Below, piece by piece: positions 60,812 to 64,000 of a DNA stretch of 64,000 nt. A model generated the notes under the pieces. The model made no database searches and was not told the DNA's origin. It saw only the letters and a program-made list of their open reading frames with translations. The position numbers and the translations under genes are program-made. Source of the DNA: Syntrophaceae bacterium UBA6087. GTDB lineage: Bacteria > Desulfobacterota > Desulfomonilia > UBA1062. Location: contig DIXF01000002.1 of assembly GCA_002448235.1 (NCBI GenBank), positions 249,706 to 313,705 on the forward strand, read 5' to 3'. Within the stretch, counting starts at the first letter, position 1. Every line of letters begins with the position of its first letter.

Positions 60812-62284
60812 TCAGCTCCGAAGATGTTCGTTTTGCGCGGAGCTGCGGGTCTCTTCTTTTGCCGGAGCAGGCTCTTCGCCGGTCGTCTCTTTCGCGGCTG
60901 GCAACTGGTTTGGCTCGGCAGGGGGATCGACCAGGAGGTCCTTGCTCGCAGCCTGTGTCTGTTTCGGCTCCTTAGCTTCCGATACGGCCTTTGTCTCCTG
61001 GCCATAATACGGCGCGGTTTTTTGCTTTGTGAGATTTTCCATGGCGATATAGGCATCGGCATAGCGATTCCCCGGACTCCACAGCAGCCAGCCGGAGCCC
61101 CCGGCATCCTTTGCGGCCTCGATTTGAGCCCTGACATACTTCTCGTCGTATCCCTTCGTCACCCGCAAGGGGAACGACTGGAGCCAGGGACGGATAATTA
61201 CCTCGTCGCCCACGAGGTCTTTCATCCTCTTAACGCCGTTATAGATAAAGCGATAGGGGTCATCGGCAGGATTTTTCACCCCGCCGAACCCTGAGTTGAA
61301 ATGCGACGGATAGAGCATGGGTGAGATGATGTCAACGTGCTTTTTTATCTTGGCGACATCCTGGCCGACCACCAGCACATCAACATCTCTCTGCCAGATC
61401 ACGATCCCGAACATATCCACCGATAAGAGGACTTTCTTGGCGGCGGTGATATCGTGCACCTTCTTTAAAAAACCGGCTATGGCATCCGTGCGGGAGAGCC
61501 CTTCAATGCCGGAACCGGTCTTGCCGTCGGCATGGTATCGGACATAATCGAGCTGGACTTCATCCACTCCGCTTTCCGTGAGCTCCCGGACCACTTCCAG
61601 GACATAGTCCTGTACTTCCTGATTCGCAGGATTCAGCCAATGCCTTTCTTTATTAATGCACCATTCCGGCTTTGTCTTCGCCATGATCGGGTCCCTGAAC
61701 GCCACCACCCGGGCGACAACATGAATACCCACCCGGTGCAGATAATCGACCAGCTTGGGAAGCTCTTCGATATTCGGTGTATAATTCTCATTTGGGCAGT
61801 ATTTGTCAGGGATTGGGCTGGGATAGGTGATAGCGCCCATATCGTCTTTTGCATCGAAAACAATGGTATTGCCGCCATTCTTCTTGAGCTTGACAGCTGA
61901 TTCGAAGATAAAGCGTGTGCCCGAAGAGGATGTATTCATATAGAGGCCTTTTGCTACATATTCTTTGGGCTTCTCGATGGTTTTCGGCTTAAGCGGCTCC
62001 TTCCATGCGATCGGGATATTCAGGTTCTGGCCGGGAGATAGGGAGCCGGTGATATTGTTGACCGACCGAATACTGTTAATGAGCTCTTTCTTTGTATACG
62101 CTGCCGTAAGGGGCATGTACTTCGCGGCAATTCTCCCGAGCGTATCCCCTTTTTGAACCGTGTAGACCGTCCATTCCTGGGTGGTTGCTGCCGCACCCAG
62201 GAAGAAAAAAGAACACAAGCACAGAACACATAGTGTAACGAACTGTTTCTTCATGCTGCCCTCATTTTTTAGTTTTAGATTCAA
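60812..62284 (-). CDS. Secreted LysM-domain protein with a putative glycoside-hydrolase-like TIM barrel (GHL/DUF4015-type) and a Pro/Lys/Glu-rich C-terminal tail
   Basis: Signal peptide. LysM (YTVQKGDTLGRIAAKY...). A roughly 330-aa domain with GHL-like features. Low-complexity C-terminus. Confidence 0.7.
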   Translation of the reverse strand: MNLKLKNEGSMKKQFVTLCVLCLCSFFFLGAAATTQEWTVYTVQKGDTLGRIAAKYMPLTAAYTKKELINSIRSVNNITGSLSPGQNLNIPIAWKEPLKPKTIEKPKEYVAKGLYMNTSSSGTRFIFESAVKLKKNGGNTIVFDAKDDMGAITYPSPIPDKYCPNENYTPNIEELPKLVDYLHRVGIHVVARVVAFRDPIMAKTKPEWCINKERHWLNPANQEVQDYVLEVVRELTESGVDEVQLDYVRYHADGKTGSGIEGLSRTDAIAGFLKKVHDITAAKKVLLSVDMFGIVIWQRDVDVLVVGQDVAKIKKHVDIISPMLYPSHFNSGFGGVKNPADDPYRFIYNGVKRMKDLVGDEVIIRPWLQSFPLRVTKGYDEKYVRAQIEAAKDAGGSGWLLWSPGNRYADAYIAMENLTKQKTAPYYGQETKAVSEAKEPKQTQAASKDLLVDPPAEPNQLPAAKETTGEEPAPAKEETRSSAQNEHLRS

Positions 62285-62550
62285 TCAAGCCAATACATAT
62301 CCTATTTGCCGGTGTCTAACAAGGTGGTTAATAATTAATTCACAGGCTGAAAACCTTGTCTGGAGCATGATTGTCTTGAATTGATTTGAGAAAGTTACAA
62401 AAAATGCCGGGTATATTTCGTCGATTTTTTCCATGGCCGATCAGGTGGAAATAGATCGACGAATGATTAGAGGATCATGAAAGCCTGCAAGGAGAACGGC
62501 CTTGATATAAGGTATATCATATGAGAGGAGGCCTGCATGGTAAAGGCAGC

Positions 62551-62769
62551 CTACCGGACGATAATGCCGTAGGTCCCGATGTCATCTTCGGTACCGATAT
62601 AGAATGTATCCGGGTACCCGTCTCCGGGACGGGTTAGGGCAACCCCATCGATGATTTCTTCTGCCTTAACGCGGTTATCAAAAGGACCTGCATAGTGATT
62701 TTTCGCATAGCGGATGAGACCTCCTGGTGTACGTGCATATGTGGTTCTGATTACGTACCACTTGTTCAC
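62551..62769 (-). CDS. Small hypothetical protein (72 aa); GTG start
   Basis: AGGAGGA Shine-Dalgarno 8 nt before the GTG. No family recognised. Confidence 0.45.
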   Translation of the reverse strand: MNKWYVIRTTYARTPGGLIRYAKNHYAGPFDNRVKAEEIIDGVALTRPGDGYPDTFYIGTEDDIGTYGIIVR

Positions 62770-62972
62770 CCGGATTATCCTCCTTTAGGCCGATATCCTA
62801 TTATATAGAAGCAGGGATGCATTGCTCAAGGCTCCGGAAACAGGCAATGTTCCGGTAATCAGGTTAAAAGAGGCGTTTATTCAAAGGTATAGATACAATA
62901 TTTGATGAATTCAGGGAGAGGTACAACATGCCATGATGCGCATTATCTAAGACGGCAGGTAAAGGCCCGCCC

Positions 62973-63959
62973 CTATTCCTGGCGGAGCCCCAACTTTCCG
63001 CGGCCCAGAAGGTCATGAAGATGGACCACGCCGATGAGTTCTTCCTTGTCGCCGGAAACGATCAGCGAGGTAATCTGATGCTTTTCCATCATCTCGAGGG
63101 CGTCCAAAGCAAGCTTGTCGCTTGAAATCCTCTTGGGGTTTTTCGACATGATGTCACGGGCGGTAAGGCCTTTCGTATTGTCCCCCCATTTCAGTATCAC
63201 CCTCCGCAAGTCGCCGTCGGTGACGATCCCTTCGACCTTAGGAATGCTTCCCACAAGGGTGAATCCGAGCGCTTTATCCGTCATTTCAACGACAACCTCC
63301 GGAAGCGGCCTCGATGGCTCCACCAGAGGGACGCGATCCCCTGTGATCATGATCTGGATTATCTTGAACATCAGCTGCTTGCCGAGCTCGCCGGCAGGAT
63401 GGATCATTTTGAATGCGGCGCGGTCAAAGCCTTTGACATGGGACAGGACCACTGCCAGGGCATCTCCCAGCGCGAGCTGCGCGGTGGTGGACGCCGTTGG
63501 AGCGAGGTTGAGATTGCAGGCCTCGCGCTCAACCGAGCAGCTTAAGCAGATATCCGATTGTCCGGCGAGCGGTGAATCCGGATTGCCGGTGATTGCGATG
63601 ATGGGAATAGACAGGCTCTTCAGCGGCGGGAGGAGATTCAGGATCTCTCTTGTAGTTCCGCTGTTGGAAAGCACGACAGCTGCATCTGCGGGCATGATGG
63701 TTCCGAGGTCGCCATGAAGGCCGTCCACCGGGTGCATGAAGACCGCAGGCGTCCCTATGCTTACCATTGTCGCAGCAATCTTCCGGGCAATGATGCCCGA
63801 CTTCCCGACGCCGGTTAAGATCACCTTTCCCTTGAGATCGGCGATGGTCGTAACCGCCCTGGCGAAGGACTCGCCCATCTGTCCGATAATGCCTTCCAGC
63901 CCTTCGATCTCGGTTCGAACCGCCTCTTTGCCCAGTTCAATGATTTCATTCGTGTTCAT
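62973..63959 (-). CDS. kdsD: Arabinose-5-phosphate isomerase (KpsF/GutQ/KdsD family; SIS plus CBS pair)
   Basis: SIS domain (GKVILTGVGKSGIIARK) and C-terminal CBS domains. 328 aa. Confidence 0.85.
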   Translation of the reverse strand: MNTNEIIELGKEAVRTEIEGLEGIIGQMGESFARAVTTIADLKGKVILTGVGKSGIIARKIAATMVSIGTPAVFMHPVDGLHGDLGTIMPADAAVVLSNSGTTREILNLLPPLKSLSIPIIAITGNPDSPLAGQSDICLSCSVEREACNLNLAPTASTTAQLALGDALAVVLSHVKGFDRAAFKMIHPAGELGKQLMFKIIQIMITGDRVPLVEPSRPLPEVVVEMTDKALGFTLVGSIPKVEGIVTDGDLRRVILKWGDNTKGLTARDIMSKNPKRISSDKLALDALEMMEKHQITSLIVSGDKEELIGVVHLHDLLGRGKLGLRQE

Positions 63960-64000
63960 ACAATTCTCCCAAGAAGATCGTACTCCATTGTGTCGGTTAT

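Overview
This 64 kb window looks chromosomal, about 57% GC, and is densely coding. The gene content suggests an anaerobic Deltaproteobacteria/Desulfobacterota-like genome (enoyl-CoA hydratase and acyl-CoA dehydrogenase genes, a sigma-54 two-component system, TPR proteins, UPF0182). I found no rRNA, CRISPR array, transposase or obvious prophage.

Main contents, left to right:
- coaX, then a translationally coupled cell-division and tRNA-maturation operon: an AmiC-type amidase fused to a CpoB-like TPR domain and AMIN domains, a SPOR protein, xerD, and a DHH-CBS-CCA/poly(A)-polymerase fusion. A tRNA-Ala(CGC) with no encoded CCA follows.
- An enoyl-CoA hydratase and a nitroreductase, divergent from a larC-larB-larE operon (nickel-pincer cofactor synthesis). 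No larA is in the window.
- A TPR/PMT-like membrane protein, yjbQ, a UPF0182 membrane protein and an M50-CBS protease.
- An AT-rich intergenic island with tandem intrinsic terminators, which may hold a small RNA.
- A PolX polymerase, then an fpg / galT-like / treT-like operon, slyD, a D-2-hydroxyacid dehydrogenase and a PfkB kinase.
- A complete nine-gene N-type (Na+-type) F-ATPase operon in the diagnostic order atpD-C-Q-R-B-E-F-A-G. The c subunit carries the full Na+-binding signature.
- Upstream of that operon on the same strand, a regulatory cluster: a sigma-54 response regulator and a hybrid histidine kinase, a Fis-like stand-alone HTH paralog, a candidate sigma-54 promoter, a strongly translated 88-aa protein, and a Lon-like degenerate AAA+ protein co-transcribed with a sigma-70-family sigma factor.
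- A pur operon (purH, purD, purE) that also carries tsaC and an orphan AmmeMemoRadiSam-like radical SAM gene.
- purC, thrC, metK-ahcY, an alpha/beta hydrolase, an acyl-CoA dehydrogenase with a textbook sigma-70 promoter overlapped by palindromic operators, a flavin reductase, a multi-TM MCP, a LysM-GHL protein and kpsF.

The most unusual part is the regulatory cluster feeding into the horizontally mobile N-ATPase operon. The central gene there is an uncharacterised Lon-like pseudo-ATPase coupled to a sigma factor.
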